64,000 nucleotides of DNA from a virus, in the IMG/VR virus record IMGVR_UViG_3300045988_184160, positions 1 through 64,000 of that record, one strand, 5' to 3'. Shown here in pieces: positions 17,378 to 26,651 of the stretch; positions within the stretch are counted from its first letter, which is position 1; each line of letters begins with the position of its first letter. The translations under genes were made by a program, and so were the position numbers. Under the pieces are notes generated by a model, which did not search any database, was not told the DNA's origin, and was given only the letters and a program-made list of their open reading frames with translations.

Positions 17378-17637
17378 ACAAGAACAAGAGAGCAGGAGAA
17401 TAATAATGGGTTATTACTCACAAAAGGAAGTATCCACAATTAGGATCAACTAAGAACACGAAAAAGAAATAGTGGAGCAACTACTCAAATACAAAGCTGG
17501 TAAACCCATAAAAACATGGGCTTACAACCCAAAGACCAAGAGGCTAGACGGCTGTTGCCCAACTTATTGATATTGCAAACATCCTTCAATATTGATAATA
17601 TTAGATACATACAGAACACTTGAGGGGAGAGGGCGTA

Positions 17638-19191
17638 TTGGCAAAGAACCAGACCTATAAAGCTTTCGTTGCGCGCCCTTCTAACGTCCTAGATATGAAT
17701 GGCGAGTTACTGGAAGTCGTACTCGTCATGGGACAGCTTGTCTCTGAGGTTCGTGACATTTCGGCGTATGCCACCTATGTGGCGCGTAATGACACTATTT
17801 TAGGGGCTGAACTGGCTCAGGTTACCACCACCGCCCCTGCGGAGGCTGGTCGTCAGGCAGGTGTTGCCATGCCGGATTTTCTTGCGTCTGGGCGTGGCAG
17901 GTCACGTAAAGAACGCCTATTTAGGCATCGTGTGGTTTCCGAGTATCGCTCATGGCAAGAGCGTATTAACGCGGTGACTGGCGAAAACTCTAAGTACGTT
18001 AGCCAGGGTTGGAGACGCACGGTGGATGGTTCCGTGCCATCATACGGCGAGGATTACATTAACCTAGGTGCTGTCGATAAACAGTACGCTGTGATTGAGA
18101 ACAACCCGTTTATTGACGGTGAGATTGTCCTTAAAATGGTCATCCGTGGTGAGTGGTATCGGCTGATTTTCAGCTTCGATAATGCCCGCTTTCGTGAAGG
18201 TAAGGTCACCTTACCTTTAGTGAAAGTTGAGAATAACCAGCCTGTTTTCATCTTCACGGTCGTTACCGATAACCCTATCGTCCAGTTCTCAGGTGACTAT
18301 GTTATTGGCGTGGACGTGGGTATCCGCAATTATGCTACCGTTGTGGTTCGCAACAGTTCAACGGGGCGGGTGGTTCATGAAAGTGCGCTCTCCCAGCGCG
18401 CCCATTCGCTGTGGAACTCCGTCCGCGCGTCTGAGAGGCAAGTTTGCGCCCTCAAAAAGAAGGCTGACTTGCTTCTTTATCGCCGTCAGGCTCGTATGGC
18501 GGCTCTGGACGAGGCTCAGCTTCACAGGGAAGCGGCATCCCGGAAGAAACGTGAATTAGCTATTCTTGCGGCGCAAGAGATAGCACACCTGTCCCACATT
18601 TACGATAATGCGACTGTCGCCGTGGAAGACCTGAGCTGGGTGCGAAATACGATGCAAAATGGCAGGTGGAATAGGGGTGAACTGGTTAAGTGGCTCACCC
18701 ATTATGTTTCACAGAATGGTGGTTGGGTCGTTGCCGTGAACTCTGCTAACACGTCACAGCTCTGCCACCTTTGTGACTCTAAGGTAAGCCATCCTGTGCA
18801 TGAAGTCTCATTCTGTACGGAACATGCCGCACTGGACAGGGATATTAACGCCGCCGCGAACATTGCCGCCCGTGCTGTTCCAAAGGTTGAAAAAGCGAGG
18901 AGGACTCGCGCGAAGAACCGGAAACTCCAGCGTCAAACAGCCCTTAAAACCCCTATAGCTAGGGGTTCTTTGAAGCACCCTGGGCGCGACAGGACTAAGG
19001 GTGTCCCCACACCGAAGAGGAAGAACCACCACCGCACTGTTAGGGAGGTGATTCTTCCTTCTAGCCCCGCTAGGGTAATTATGACCAGCGTACTAGCGGA
19101 CTGCGGCGCATACGGTGCCACAGGGACTTCTCAAGCGGCTATCAAACAAGGTAACACCACCTACAAATGTAGGGTATACAGCCTTAATTGA
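17638..19191 (+). CDS. tnpB: TnpB-type RNA-guided nuclease, intact, no adjacent tnpA
   Basis: RuvC-I VIGVDVGIRNYATV, RuvC-II TVAVEDLSWV, zinc ribbon CHLCDS...C, RuvC-III LDRDINAAANIA. The TTG start at 17638 is inferred from alignment with the paralogue start at 43265 (track start is 17620). About 110-aa basic tail after RuvC-III. Confidence 0.85.
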   Translation: MAKNQTYKAFVARPSNVLDMNGELLEVVLVMGQLVSEVRDISAYATYVARNDTILGAELAQVTTTAPAEAGRQAGVAMPDFLASGRGRSRKERLFRHRVVSEYRSWQERINAVTGENSKYVSQGWRRTVDGSVPSYGEDYINLGAVDKQYAVIENNPFIDGEIVLKMVIRGEWYRLIFSFDNARFREGKVTLPLVKVENNQPVFIFTVVTDNPIVQFSGDYVIGVDVGIRNYATVVVRNSSTGRVVHESALSQRAHSLWNSVRASERQVCALKKKADLLLYRRQARMAALDEAQLHREAASRKKRELAILAAQEIAHLSHIYDNATVAVEDLSWVRNTMQNGRWNRGELVKWLTHYVSQNGGWVVAVNSANTSQLCHLCDSKVSHPVHEVSFCTEHAALDRDINAAANIAARAVPKVEKARRTRAKNRKLQRQTALKTPIARGSLKHPGRDRTKGVPTPKRKNHHRTVREVILPSSPARVIMTSVLADCGAYGATGTSQAAIKQGNTTYKCRVYSLN

Positions 19192-19195
19192 TACG
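17638..19195 (+). mobile_element. tnpB-only IS derivative (IS607-family-like); right end mapped, left end not determined
   Basis: Similarity to the inverted copy at 41656..43265 stops after TTGATACG, 4 nt past the stop codon, in both copies. Confidence 0.6.
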
Positions 19196-19400
19196 CTCGT
19201 ACCATATGATCTCGGGGTATATGCTGTATGCCTTCCCGTCTTGAATAACTACCCTCCAACGATCCCCATCTTCAACTAGGTACTCAGCGTACCCTAAAGC
19301 GAGTAACATCATAGGTAGGCGTATTTAGATGCAGCTGATTAGCGCATAAAAAGAGGAGGGTGTCACCACCAATGATTTAGTGTGGTGCTCCCCTGTTTTG

Positions 19401-19473
19401 AGCCCCCTACCGGGTTTGAACCGGTGGCCTTCGGTTTACAAGACCGACGCTCTGCCAGCTGAGCTAAGGAGGC
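19401..19473 (-). tRNA. tRNA-Thr (TGT)
   Basis: Minus strand: acceptor GCCTCCT/AGGGGGC (one G-U), D arm TAGCTCAGCTGGCAGAGC, anticodon stem TCGGT/ACCGA, loop CTTGTAA, T arm ACCGG-TTCAAAC-CCGGT. Confidence 0.9.
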
Positions 19474-19627
19474 GGGGTGTCCACCAGTCGGGGTTGGTGT
19501 GGAGTGCCTTGTGGCTGGTGGACTTCTCATAGTTTAGCAGGTGGTTTCTTGGTTTCGCAAATCGTGGGGTGGGTGGGGATGTTAGAATTTTAGTGTATTG
19601 TTCTAATTGTTTTGGAGGATGGTTTAT

Positions 19628-19906
19628 ATGTTGCCTGATTTATCGTTGCTGATGTGGCTTGCGTGGGGTGTTGGGGGTGCCCTGATTGCGTTGATTATTG
19701 TTATTGTCCGGTTGGCTTATAAGGGTAAGCTCACGTCTGGTAATAAGACGCATGATAGGTTGGAGAAGAGCACCCCGTATTTGGTGAATGTTCTTAAGGT
19801 TTTTGCTTTACTGCGTATCCCGTTAGGGTTTGTCTTTAGGGGGTTGAAGTCCGTGTTTGGATTTTTCCGGTCTTCGAAACCGAGTGGGGGGTCAGCTCGG
19901 GGGTAG
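19628..19906 (+). CDS. small membrane protein (92 aa)
   Basis: ATG at 19628 with GGAGGA 8 nt upstream. One clear TM segment, LLMWLAWGVGGALIALIIVIV. Confidence 0.6.
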   Translation: MLPDLSLLMWLAWGVGGALIALIIVIVRLAYKGKLTSGNKTHDRLEKSTPYLVNVLKVFALLRIPLGFVFRGLKSVFGFFRSSKPSGGSARG

Positions 19907-20052
19907 TTTACTCGGTTCCATCTTTTCACATGGTGGGTTTACGGCGTCTTATAACACTGTAAACCCACCTATTTTCGTGTAATCACCCCTATTCGTGTTA
20001 CACTGGTTTTCAGATAAAACAACACAACCCAGACGAGGTAAACCATACAACC

Positions 20053-21132
20053 ATGAGCAATTACAGCAAACCACGCACCACTAAAAAAGAGGTAGAAGAC
20101 CTGCAAAAATATGTGGGCATATACCTAGATAACTGCCATAAGCACGGGGTTGATCCGACTTGGGATGGGCTGATCAGGCAAGCTTCTATCGTGGTAAAAA
20201 TCCCCGAATCAAGAATCCGAAGCGATAAGCTCCTGCAGGAGGCGCTTATTCGGGGTGTCGAAATATACTATCGGATGAACAAAGTCCACAACAGGCTAAA
20301 CCCGCCACCGAAACCCAAGAAAAAACCAGCACCAAAACCAGCCACACAAGAAAAGCTTGTTCCCACCAAGGAACAAAAACCAGAAACACAGAAGCAACAG
20401 CTTCCCAAACCAGAAACCAAGAAGGAAGAAGGAAAACAAATGGTACAGCCCGAAAAGAACGACACCCAGGCCCTCAAAAACGCGCAGCAGTCTATCCAAG
20501 CATTCGTGGACTCCAAACCTGACGGGTTTACCCGCGCGGCTTACCGTGAGTTCGTCAAGAACCGTGCTAATGGTGCGGAGCCGGTTCTTAGTGAGGGGAA
20601 GCTCCGCAATTTCTTCTCGACGTGGGGTGAGGCTGCTGCTTACGCTAAGAAGTATGAGGAGCAGGGTGCTACTAAGCAGGAGAAGAAGGCGGCACAGGAG
20701 AAGGCTCGCCCTGCCGCTAAGAAGCCCGTGAACAAGCCTGCGGTAGAGAAACCTGCACCGAAGAAGCCCGCCAAGAAGCAGGATAAGCCCGCATCGAAGG
20801 CAACTAAACCCACCCAGCCCAAGGGCACCACCACCGAACCGCTATCAGAGTCCGTTGCGGAAGCCTTCAAGAACATGCGCACCGAAGGCTCCCCACTTCA
20901 CAAGTTCGCACAGTTTACCGCTGATCTGTTTGCGGGTGGGTACCTTCTCCGTGATCTTCTGTTGGTCTTCGAGCAGAACGAGATCAGTGAGGATAAGGGC
21001 TCCTGGGCGCGGTACGACGCGATCATCAAGCACCTAGATGAAAACCCGCAGGATGCGCTTCAGCTTAAGCTGCTGCTCGCTGAGGTTCTGCATGATGTCT
21101 CTCTGCAGGGTTCTCTCAACGCATCCAAGTAG
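20053..21132 (+). CDS. lysine/proline/alanine-rich protein (PAKK-type low-complexity repeats)
   Basis: PPPKPKKKPAPKPATQEK... and AAKKPVNKPAVEKPAPKKPAKKQDKPASKATKP tracts flanked by ordered-looking N- and C-terminal parts. Confidence 0.7.
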   Translation: MSNYSKPRTTKKEVEDLQKYVGIYLDNCHKHGVDPTWDGLIRQASIVVKIPESRIRSDKLLQEALIRGVEIYYRMNKVHNRLNPPPKPKKKPAPKPATQEKLVPTKEQKPETQKQQLPKPETKKEEGKQMVQPEKNDTQALKNAQQSIQAFVDSKPDGFTRAAYREFVKNRANGAEPVLSEGKLRNFFSTWGEAAAYAKKYEEQGATKQEKKAAQEKARPAAKKPVNKPAVEKPAPKKPAKKQDKPASKATKPTQPKGTTTEPLSESVAEAFKNMRTEGSPLHKFAQFTADLFAGGYLLRDLLLVFEQNEISEDKGSWARYDAIIKHLDENPQDALQLKLLLAEVLHDVSLQGSLNASK

Positions 21133-21296
21133 CCCCTAGCATAGGGAGGTTAAGGTATACGCCGCCTCCCCTAGTCTAGTAGGTTCGGGGAGCGACCCCA
21201 CAAAATAAGCCCACCATAAACAGGTGGGCAAGGGGGTTGCTCCCCGTTCCTATCACCACCCCAAGAAGGTACAGACAATAAGAAAACACTCGCTGA

Positions 21297-22826
21297 CTAG
21301 GTTGGGGATTCTCTAGGGTCTAGAGTTTCTTTCACCATCATCAGCGTCGCCTCCAAGCTGTTGTTGGAGGTACCGGTGTGTCCCTGGATTCCACTCAGGG
21401 CAGTGACCGGCTTCGACTGCCGTGTAGCAGCCGAACTTTGCTTTAGTGTTCTCTGGCGAAGCAGGGAACGCATTTTGTTTCGGTTTCTTGAGTTTGAGAC
21501 AGCACGTAATCCTATTTCACGACTGGCGCTCACGTCTCGGTTTAACCTAAAACCGCATTTAGTGCAGGAAGCAACTCGTGTTTTTGAGTTACTGGATGCC
21601 TTACCGCCGCAGCGAGAACATGTCCTAGAAGTGTCCTTGGCACGTACTTTGATCGTCTTCAATCCGTAGCGCTTAGCTGTTCTCTCGATGCGGGACTGTA
21701 TCTCTGCGTGAGGCCAGCGCCCTCCCAGGGAATCCAGCCAGGACAGGTTCTCCACCGCTATGTGAGCGTCATTTTTGTTAGCCACGGAGACGATTTGATT
21801 GGCGATACACTGATTGATTTCGTGCTTGATTCTAGTGGACTTAGCGCTGACGCGCTTAGCTTCGATGCGCAGCACATCAGCATGGTCTGTCCTGTTGTGT
21901 CTTTCGCATAATTCTGCTCGCTTATACAAGTGGGCGGCTAGATCGCGGCGTTTCTTCTCAGCCTTAACTAGGGAACCGAGTCGTCTCTTATACCGAGCAT
22001 GATACGGGGCGGACCTCTGGTTGGTCCTTGGGTCTATGACTGTGGCAATAAACGGCTCTACCTTGCCTAGGTCTATACCAACAACCTTGTTTGTTTGTCT
22101 TTCGTTGGTCTTGTGCTCGATGGTGAGGTCAAAAACTATCTGTCCTTTGCTGCTCAGGCGAATTGTGGGTCTACAGACCTTACCATCGCCAAAACGTCCT
22201 GGGTTGTCTGGTAGTCTGAGATGGAGCCTAGTGAGACCGTAAGTAGGGGTCTTCACTTGAACAGTGACACTCAGTGGATCGTTTTCGCTCCTGGATGCTT
22301 TGGGTGCGAAGTGAATGTCGCAGACTGCAAGATTAAGTTTAGCGCTCACCCCAGGAAGAGAAGCCTTCCGTTGACCTTTCTTGTGGTACCTAGTGAGGTG
22401 AGCACGAACCATGCCGCTGGGTGGTTGCGGGGCATCAGGGTAGGTGTCCCTGTAGTAAGATAGAATACGGTCTGGTTTTGTTGTGCTTGGATGAGTACTC
22501 ATCACCTGAAACAGTCCAACACTCATGGCGTACAGTTCCAGAGTGCCCACCACGTTTGAGACCAGTATCTCGTTCATGTTGTGCTTCTGAAACGAGAAGT
22601 CGTAGCGAGACAGCCTCCTTCTACCCCAAGAGTTCAATGAGCCAGTCGGTCTATCTCCCCGCAAAACCTTCAACGCCAGATCATGAAACTCCTGACTAGC
22701 AATCACCTCCCGCTCCGCCTCAGCCAACCAAGTGACCATCTGAACCAGATCACAACCAACCCGCCCCATGTCAACACCATTATCAGCAGTGAACCTGCGC
22801 CTAGTCACCGTGTCATATAACCTCAC
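21297..22826 (-). CDS. tnpB: TnpB-like RNA-guided nuclease (509 aa), distinct lineage, no adjacent tnpA
   Basis: RuvC-I VVGIDLGKVEPFIATV, RuvC-II HIAVENLSWLD, zinc ribbon CSRCGG...CTKCG, RuvC-III LNRDVSASREIG. Confidence 0.8.
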   Translation of the reverse strand: MRLYDTVTRRRFTADNGVDMGRVGCDLVQMVTWLAEAEREVIASQEFHDLALKVLRGDRPTGSLNSWGRRRLSRYDFSFQKHNMNEILVSNVVGTLELYAMSVGLFQVMSTHPSTTKPDRILSYYRDTYPDAPQPPSGMVRAHLTRYHKKGQRKASLPGVSAKLNLAVCDIHFAPKASRSENDPLSVTVQVKTPTYGLTRLHLRLPDNPGRFGDGKVCRPTIRLSSKGQIVFDLTIEHKTNERQTNKVVGIDLGKVEPFIATVIDPRTNQRSAPYHARYKRRLGSLVKAEKKRRDLAAHLYKRAELCERHNRTDHADVLRIEAKRVSAKSTRIKHEINQCIANQIVSVANKNDAHIAVENLSWLDSLGGRWPHAEIQSRIERTAKRYGLKTIKVRAKDTSRTCSRCGGKASSNSKTRVASCTKCGFRLNRDVSASREIGLRAVSNSRNRNKMRSLLRQRTLKQSSAATRQSKPVTALSGIQGHTGTSNNSLEATLMMVKETLDPRESPT

Positions 22827-22873
22827 AGCCCCACCCCCTGAAACGAGTTGACCTACAATAAAAATATGTATGC

Positions 22874-22902
22874 ATTATAATACAGAGCGTGCACTGCTAC
22901 AA
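22874..22902 (-). promoter_or_regulatory. candidate sigma70-type promoter for the 21297..22826 tnpB-like gene
   Basis: Minus strand: TTGTAG, 17-nt spacer, TATAAT, about 45 nt upstream of the start codon. Confidence 0.4.
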
Positions 22903-22947
22903 ACCAAAGAAATATAACGGATTTACGCGAATGCAAGCAACAGTAAA

Positions 22948-23199
22948 ATGGGTAAGAAAAAAACCGAACGAAATGGTGGGCCCCTAGACTCCGCCCTGTG
23001 CCCAGTGTGTGGGAAAATAGGTTACAGGTCACGGGCAATAGCCAAGCAAGAACTCAGGAAACAGCAGACGAAAGGAGTGGGAGTCAAATCCTACTACAAG
23101 GACGAAATGTGCGACCCGCCCTACCAGTGGCATCTGACAAGTCAACCGTCAATCGTCCAGAAAACGTGGAGGAAACACACCAATGACTACCGAATCTAG
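22948..23199 (+). CDS. small zinc-ribbon-like protein (83 aa)
   Basis: CPVCGKIGYRSRAIAKQEL...YYKDEMCDPPYQWHLTS. Cys pair plus a distal Cys/His. Family not recognised. Confidence 0.55.
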   Translation: MGKKKTERNGGPLDSALCPVCGKIGYRSRAIAKQELRKQQTKGVGVKSYYKDEMCDPPYQWHLTSQPSIVQKTWRKHTNDYRI

Positions 23200-23530
23200 T
23201 GACACTCGAATTATCGAATATGAGGGTGGCACGATCTGCCGTAGCCTCACACGGGTATCAACTTCACCAACTATTGAGCAGCAGATCCGGTTCGGGGATA
23301 AAACCTTGGGACTATCCCCAGAAGAGTTCTGTAGCATCATTACGCGGTTCGTCTTCGAGCATGTACCTGAGGTGTTCCCTGTGAGGCACTTATTTGTGAC
23401 TGCAACGCAGAGGGCATCGTTTTTCAGGGGTTTGACGGGGTTTGAGGCTGGGGCGTTTCTCAATGACTATTGGGATGCGCAGCCACCAGTGGAAGAACAA
23501 GAGAACAATCTAGTGAATACAGGAGAATAA
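23183..23530 (+). CDS. hypothetical protein (115 aa)
   Basis: ATG with GGAGGA RBS. Overlaps the previous gene by 17 nt. Confidence 0.6.
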   Translation: MTTESSDTRIIEYEGGTICRSLTRVSTSPTIEQQIRFGDKTLGLSPEEFCSIITRFVFEHVPEVFPVRHLFVTATQRASFFRGLTGFEAGAFLNDYWDAQPPVEEQENNLVNTGE

Positions 23531-23535
23531 AGAAC

Positions 23536-23787
23536 ATGAGTAATCTACCATCAGAAGTTGATAACAACACCGCAGTCGGTGGTATCGTTTTCGAGCAAAC
23601 AACCTTCCGTGACTGGTGCAACAACAACGGACTGGAATCAGACGAGCTGAACGGGTATGCTTTCTTCAACGAAGTGTACGACCTATCCCAAGAAGACGGA
23701 CGCGCGACCCTCAAACAGGATTACTCTCTTGAAGAGCTGATCACCATCGCAAAAAGGAACACATACCCAGACACGGAACACCACTAA
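23536..23787 (+). CDS. hypothetical protein (83 aa)
   Basis: ATG at 23536 with AGGAGA upstream (track ORF starts at 23470). Confidence 0.6.
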   Translation: MSNLPSEVDNNTAVGGIVFEQTTFRDWCNNNGLESDELNGYAFFNEVYDLSQEDGRATLKQDYSLEELITIAKRNTYPDTEHH

Positions 23788-23913
23788 AAAACAAGATTTG
23801 GTGCGCACCCCAAATGTATGTTAAACTCTTCCTGTGGCTGCCTGACGCGCGCACAACAAAAACGAATACTCATATTAGTTGCCTCACTGGCATACCAGTC
23901 AGGTAGCCCACAC

Positions 23914-23986
23914 GCCCCCGTAGCTCAGGGGATAGAGCACTTCTCTCCTAAAGAAGGTGTCGGACGTTCGAATCGTCTCGGGGGCA
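23914..23986 (+). tRNA. tRNA-Arg (CCT)
   Basis: Acceptor GCCCCCG/CGGGGGC, D arm TAGCTCAGGGGATAGAGC, anticodon stem CTTCT/AGAAG, loop CTCCTAA, T arm GGACG-TTCGAAT-CGTCT. Confidence 0.9.
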
Positions 23987-23996
23987 CTTGTGATAA

Positions 23997-24890
23997 TTGA
24001 ACAATGATTTTTGCCCTATAATTGGGGTATTCACTCGACGGGGGTGGTTGGCGCATGACGAGTGTCGCGCATCAGCCACCCTTCGTGTTTTTAGGAGGCG
24101 TGACGTGGTTGAATGTTTGGGGTGGGAAGATTGTTTAGATTCGCTGCTAGGTACCCTAGATCAGAGTGCTTTGAGAGCGAAAGAGAACAAAAGCGCTGTG
24201 GGGTTCACTAGGAAATATTTAGCGTCCCTCAACCCCAGTATCGCTGAGGCGTGCCTGCGGAGCATCCACCTAGCAGATTCGGTTAGTACGCGGGGACTGG
24301 AAGACAGGTCAGAATCGCTGATAGATACCCTGGATTCACTGCCGTTCATTGTTTCAACAGTGGAGAAAATAACCTGTGACAGTAGGATAGAACAGACCCT
24401 AGTAACAACCTGTTTCCTGCTCACAAAAGCCATGTTGGGGCACGAAACCATCTTAAGCAACTTATCATACATGGATCCCTCGTCAGGCGACTACGCAACC
24501 CACCAAGCCTACCAACGGTACAGGGCAGACCCTAGGTCACAACAGTCCGCGCCGCAGCGCATAGCGGCAGCATTGAACAGTGCTTTCGGGTTTGAGGCGG
24601 TTAACCCCAGTGATAGCACCCAGTTGGAGGAATGGTGCACGCGGTGGAACCTGTGGAACACCTACGGTCCAGCTGTACTATGGTGCCTTACTCTAGCCAC
24701 CGATAGCGACAACACCCCTAGGAGGGACGGGGCGTTCCTACGGATCCTATGCTTCTGGGCTAGACGCCACAATACCCAAGCAACCCGAAAACAGTGTGCC
24801 CCTCACAGGATTAAGGATTTTTTTGAGTCCTCAGGATACAGGACACTCGAAGAATACGAGAAATACTACGCCCCGCTATACCTCGTATGA
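23997..24890 (+). CDS. hypothetical protein (297 aa, TTG start uncertain)
   Basis: Long ORF starting 11 nt after tRNA-Arg. No early in-frame ATG. No motif recognised. Confidence 0.55.
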   Translation: MNNDFCPIIGVFTRRGWLAHDECRASATLRVFRRRDVVECLGWEDCLDSLLGTLDQSALRAKENKSAVGFTRKYLASLNPSIAEACLRSIHLADSVSTRGLEDRSESLIDTLDSLPFIVSTVEKITCDSRIEQTLVTTCFLLTKAMLGHETILSNLSYMDPSSGDYATHQAYQRYRADPRSQQSAPQRIAAALNSAFGFEAVNPSDSTQLEEWCTRWNLWNTYGPAVLWCLTLATDSDNTPRRDGAFLRILCFWARRHNTQATRKQCAPHRIKDFFESSGYRTLEEYEKYYAPLYLV

Positions 24891-24951
24891 TCACAAGGCG
24901 GGGAAAGTTTCACAACAGACAGAACAAATTCACGAGCAAAGGAACAACACA

Positions 24952-25398
24952 ATGTCCCCACTACTTACCCCACCAATCACCCCAGTAACCATCATCTCAC
25001 CAGCCAGTAAAGAATATTTCAGTGAGTTCCAGGAAGTCGTGCGGAGGGTACACAAAGAAGGTAAAGGGCTGACACTCGCCACCCCCAGAACCTACGAAAC
25101 ACACGATAGGCTGCCGCTACCTGAGGGGTACGAACGAAGCTGGGGCACAAGCTTCAACACTGTAGCCATACTCCCAGCGGGGAACAGGAAAACGAAAGAG
25201 GTGCCCGTGCTGGTTCTGCTGCAGGAAGCATCCCCTCTCACTGTTGCGGATGCTGATGCTAAGCACATGTCTTTCACCCTCACCATTGATGAATACGATG
25301 AGATAGCAACCGAATACATCAACGGGGATAGGCAGCCGTTCGAGAAACTGGTTTTTGCACCAACCCTGAGGCAATTCAAAAAGCCTTCTAAGGATTAG
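24952..25398 (+). CDS. hypothetical protein (148 aa)
   Basis: ATG at 24952 within the track ORF 24796..25398. The upstream part overlaps the previous gene. Confidence 0.6.
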   Translation: MSPLLTPPITPVTIISPASKEYFSEFQEVVRRVHKEGKGLTLATPRTYETHDRLPLPEGYERSWGTSFNTVAILPAGNRKTKEVPVLVLLQEASPLTVADADAKHMSFTLTIDEYDEIATEYINGDRQPFEKLVFAPTLRQFKKPSKD

Positions 25399-25497
25399 CG
25401 AAACACCCCTCATGTAGGTAGAATTACATACAGGGAAACATTAGAGCCCCAGCCTCACACCCTAACCCAGTGTTAAGGTGGCAGCTGGGGCTCCATT

Positions 25498-26487
25498 ATG
25501 CGCACAAACAATAAAGAAAGGAAAACTGCAGTGGGTGAACCAACCCAGAAAATAAGTGCCCTAAACCCCCAGAGAATCATGGTTGCGGGCGACTGGCACG
25601 GCAACGAAACATACGCACTGGAAGCACTCAAGCACGCCCACAGTGAGGGTATTGAAGTCATTGTCCATGTCGGGGATTTCGGGGCGTGGCGGGATATTAG
25701 GTGCAGGTACGACAGAGCTGTGGGGATGATGGTCCCGTACCTGATCGGGGATCATGCGTCTAAGCCGTCTTGGGGTGACTACATGGGGGACACACCTATT
25801 CGGGGTAGTAGCAGGCCCGCGCATAAGCATCATATGAGTATGCTGTCCCTCAACAGTTTCCTTGAGGAAACAGGGATGGATCTGGTTATCATCCCAGGGA
25901 ACCATGAGGATTATGATGCGCTCTACAGTTTCCCCGTCGAGGAGGATGACGCTAACACGCAGAAGTTCCACCAGGCAACGGGGGAAGCAGCAGACAGCAT
26001 GCCCTACAGGTGGGGCCTGAGGCGTCCCCGCAGCAGAATATGGGTCATCCCAGCAGGGTACACGTGGAGTTGGGGCGGTAAAAAAATCATGGGGTTCGGG
26101 GGCGCGGTATCCGTCGATAAGCACTACCCGATCCGTGTACCCCACATAACATGGTTCCCCCAGGAAACCCCCACCGCCCTAGAACACGAATGGGCTGCAC
26201 GCGCAGGAAACCCAGTGGATGTGCTCATAACCCACGACTGCCCCGATAAGGGTATTGTCCTGCCACCTAACCCTGGGTTCCCCGAGGACGTTATCGCTGA
26301 GTCTAATACATTCAGGAGGAAACTAGACGATATAGTCACCGCAACCTCACCTAGGACGGTTTTCTATGGGCACCACCACGAGAACGTACAGGACAGGACA
26401 GTGAATGGGGTCAGGTACTATGGGCTGGGTGGTGACAGGCAGGGGGCGCAGAGTAACCTTCTGCTGCTCAATATTGAAGATTTATAG
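25498..26487 (+). CDS. calcineurin-like metallophosphoesterase
   Basis: IMVAGDWHGN (DxH), VHVGDFG (GD), IPGNHEDY (GNHE), ITHDCP, YGHHHEN (GHxH). Confidence 0.8.
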   Translation: MRTNNKERKTAVGEPTQKISALNPQRIMVAGDWHGNETYALEALKHAHSEGIEVIVHVGDFGAWRDIRCRYDRAVGMMVPYLIGDHASKPSWGDYMGDTPIRGSSRPAHKHHMSMLSLNSFLEETGMDLVIIPGNHEDYDALYSFPVEEDDANTQKFHQATGEAADSMPYRWGLRRPRSRIWVIPAGYTWSWGGKKIMGFGGAVSVDKHYPIRVPHITWFPQETPTALEHEWAARAGNPVDVLITHDCPDKGIVLPPNPGFPEDVIAESNTFRRKLDDIVTATSPRTVFYGHHHENVQDRTVNGVRYYGLGGDRQGAQSNLLLLNIEDL

Positions 26488-26587
26488 AGATAATAAAAAC
26501 AATCACCGAGACATAGGCACCACAATGCTATACAGCCACAGAATATGTGCTACCATTAGCATCAAGTTCACATAACGTAACTTACTA

Positions 26588-26608
26588 TTGAAAACACCCT
26601 GTTTTCAA
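26588..26608. promoter_or_regulatory. 9-bp inverted repeat upstream of the HU gene
   Basis: TTGAAAACA-ccc-TGTTTTCAA, 44 nt upstream of the hup start. Confidence 0.35.
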
Positions 26609-26651
26609 AAGCACATAACATGTTAAACAAATAAGGAAGAAGGTAACCCGT

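Noticed and set aside
17520-17637. Degenerate remnant of a tnpA 3' end upstream of the solo tnpB (ATTGATAATATT... versus ATTGATGATGTG... in the intact unit)
   Set aside because: The similarity is about 9 of 14 positions over a short AT-rich stretch and fades immediately, which is not distinguishable from chance by eye.
21187-21245. Nested hairpin GGGGAGCGACCCC...GCCCACC-ataaaca-GGTGGGC...GGGGGTTGCTCCCC as the omega RNA of the 21297..22826 tnpB
   Set aside because: The outer stem pairs perfectly (with one G-U) only in the + strand transcript. In the minus (tnpB) orientation that position becomes an A-C mismatch. It is therefore at least as likely to be the terminator of the + strand gene 20053..21132. 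I left it as an open question in the findings rather than annotating an ncRNA.
22848-22881. Plus-strand promoter TTGACC ... TATAAT upstream of 22948..23199
   Set aside because: The spacer is 22 nt, too long for a sigma70-type promoter. The same TATAAT-containing palindrome fits a 17-nt spacer on the minus strand, which I annotated instead.
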